DNA of 64,000 nucleotides from a virus: UHGV virus genome UHGV-0133741; one strand, 5' to 3'. Shown piece by piece: positions 62,735 to 64,000 of this stretch (position 1 is its first letter; each line of letters starts with the position of its first letter). The notes under the pieces were generated by a model. It saw only the letters and a program-made list of their open reading frames with translations, ran no database searches and was not told where the DNA came from. The position numbers and the translations under genes were made by a program.

Positions 62735-64000
62735 GGTGAAAAGATCCCCCTGTTGAGTACGGCTAACACATGGAGTGCGCGCCAGACTTTCAACGGCGGG
62801 ATCACCGGAGCGCTGACAGGGAACGCCGATACCGCAACGAAATTGAAAACAGCACGCACTATTGGCGGTGTGGTATTTGATGGCTCGGCCAATATCAACC
62901 TTCCTGGTGTAAATACAACTGGTAACCAGAACACCACGGGGAATGCTGCTACCGCGACAAAACTTGCGACGGCAAGAAACATCAACGGTGTTAAGTTTGA
63001 TGGTTCTGCGGACATTTCGATACCAACAATTACGTCCAGAGGGCGTGTTACTGCGCTCACCGGTACAACACAAGGTGCTGCTACTGGATTGCAGATGTAT
63101 GAGGCGTACAACAACGGCTATCCTTCTGCTTACGGGAATGTGCTTCATCTTAAGGGCGCAACGGCAGTTGGTGAAGGTGAGTTGTTCATAGGTTGGAGCG
63201 GTACAAGTGGCGCTCATGCACCTGTACATGTACGTTCGCGACGAGATACTGATACAGCCAGTTGGTCAGAGTGGGCGCAGGTCTACACATCGAAGGATTC
63301 CATCCCGGGTGTAAATACCACGGGCAACCAGAACACAACCGGAAACGCGGCGTCTGCAACGAAATTACAAACGGCAAGAACTATTGGTGGTGTTTCATTT
63401 AATGGCACCGCAAACATCGACCTGCCGGGCGTGAATAAAACAGGCAATCAGAGCACTACCGGCAATGCAGCTACAGCCACAAAACTGCAAACAGCACGCA
63501 CCATTAATGGGGTTTCATTTGACGGAACGGCTAATATTTCGCTGTCACCGGCAAATATTGGTTGCCCGGCATCTCCTACTGGTTGGCTTGAAACAGGTGA
63601 TAATGGAGCATCAATAACAACAGAGCAATTAGTGACTCTGCTACGAGATAATGGTGCTTTTAATGCAAAGGTATGGATAGCGCGTTGTGCTTGGGCGTAT
63701 GCAAATAGTGCATCCATACCAGACAGCGAAACAGGATGCGGCATTATTCCACTGGCTGGCGCAGTTATTGAGGTGTTTAATAACGGCAGTAGCTCAAACA
63801 ATTATACGATTCGTATAACAACGGCAACAACGACAAGCGTCTCTGGCGCACTCACTAATGCGGAGTTTGTCTATGTGTTTAACGGGACGAGCTATTCACC
63901 AGGATGGCGCAGAGCGTATAACACTAAAAATAAACCTACTGCGGCTGATGTCGGAGCTTTACCACTATCTGGAGGAGCGTTAACTGGCGGATTAACTGCT
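62735..64000 (+). CDS. tail-fibre variable segment (start-less, partial; runs off window end)
   Basis: Open frame from the cix site to the window end with no start codon; repeated GNQNTTGNAATATKL(x)TAR(T/N)I(G/N)GV(x)FDG(S/T)ANI units typical of tail-fibre variable parts. Confidence 0.6.

Noticed and set aside
62641-63229. Minus-strand ORFs (157 and 171 aa) across the invertible segment
   Set aside because: Antisense to the long repeat-containing tail-fibre frame; translations are low-complexity.

Overview
The window reads as a contiguous ~64 kb stretch of a P1-family temperate phage-plasmid from an enterobacterium, most likely a Salmonella-type host. All calls rest on reading the sequence and on remembered protein families and the remembered P1 map; no database search or alignment was run. 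The P1 backbone is clear: loxP plus Cre, C1 and Coi, PacA/PacB with a hexamer pac site, Phd/Doc, Ban (DnaB-like), a fused cytosine/adenine methyltransferase, three tRNAs, lysozyme, SSB, a Dar-type operon, Cin plus an invertible tail-fibre segment, and about fifteen C1-operator-like 17-mers. The best candidate for a novel system is an AT-rich three-gene island right after ref (36.4-39.3 kb): a Zn-ribbon/DUF4145-like protein, a 213-aa protein with no recognisable domain, and a fused RelA/SpoT-type toxin of the CapRel kind, followed by a convergent two-gene pair. A second cargo block (40.3-48.2 kb) is a Pef-like chaperone-usher fimbrial operon with a CPPC DsbA homologue and Pap-type GATC boxes, bounded by a PapI-like stub and an IS2-like transposase remnant. 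Other points flagged: decayed tRNA-like elements around the tRNA genes, an SPFH lipoprotein pair, a catalytically degenerate PacB paralog, and a C1-controlled ASCH/PAPS-reductase-like module.
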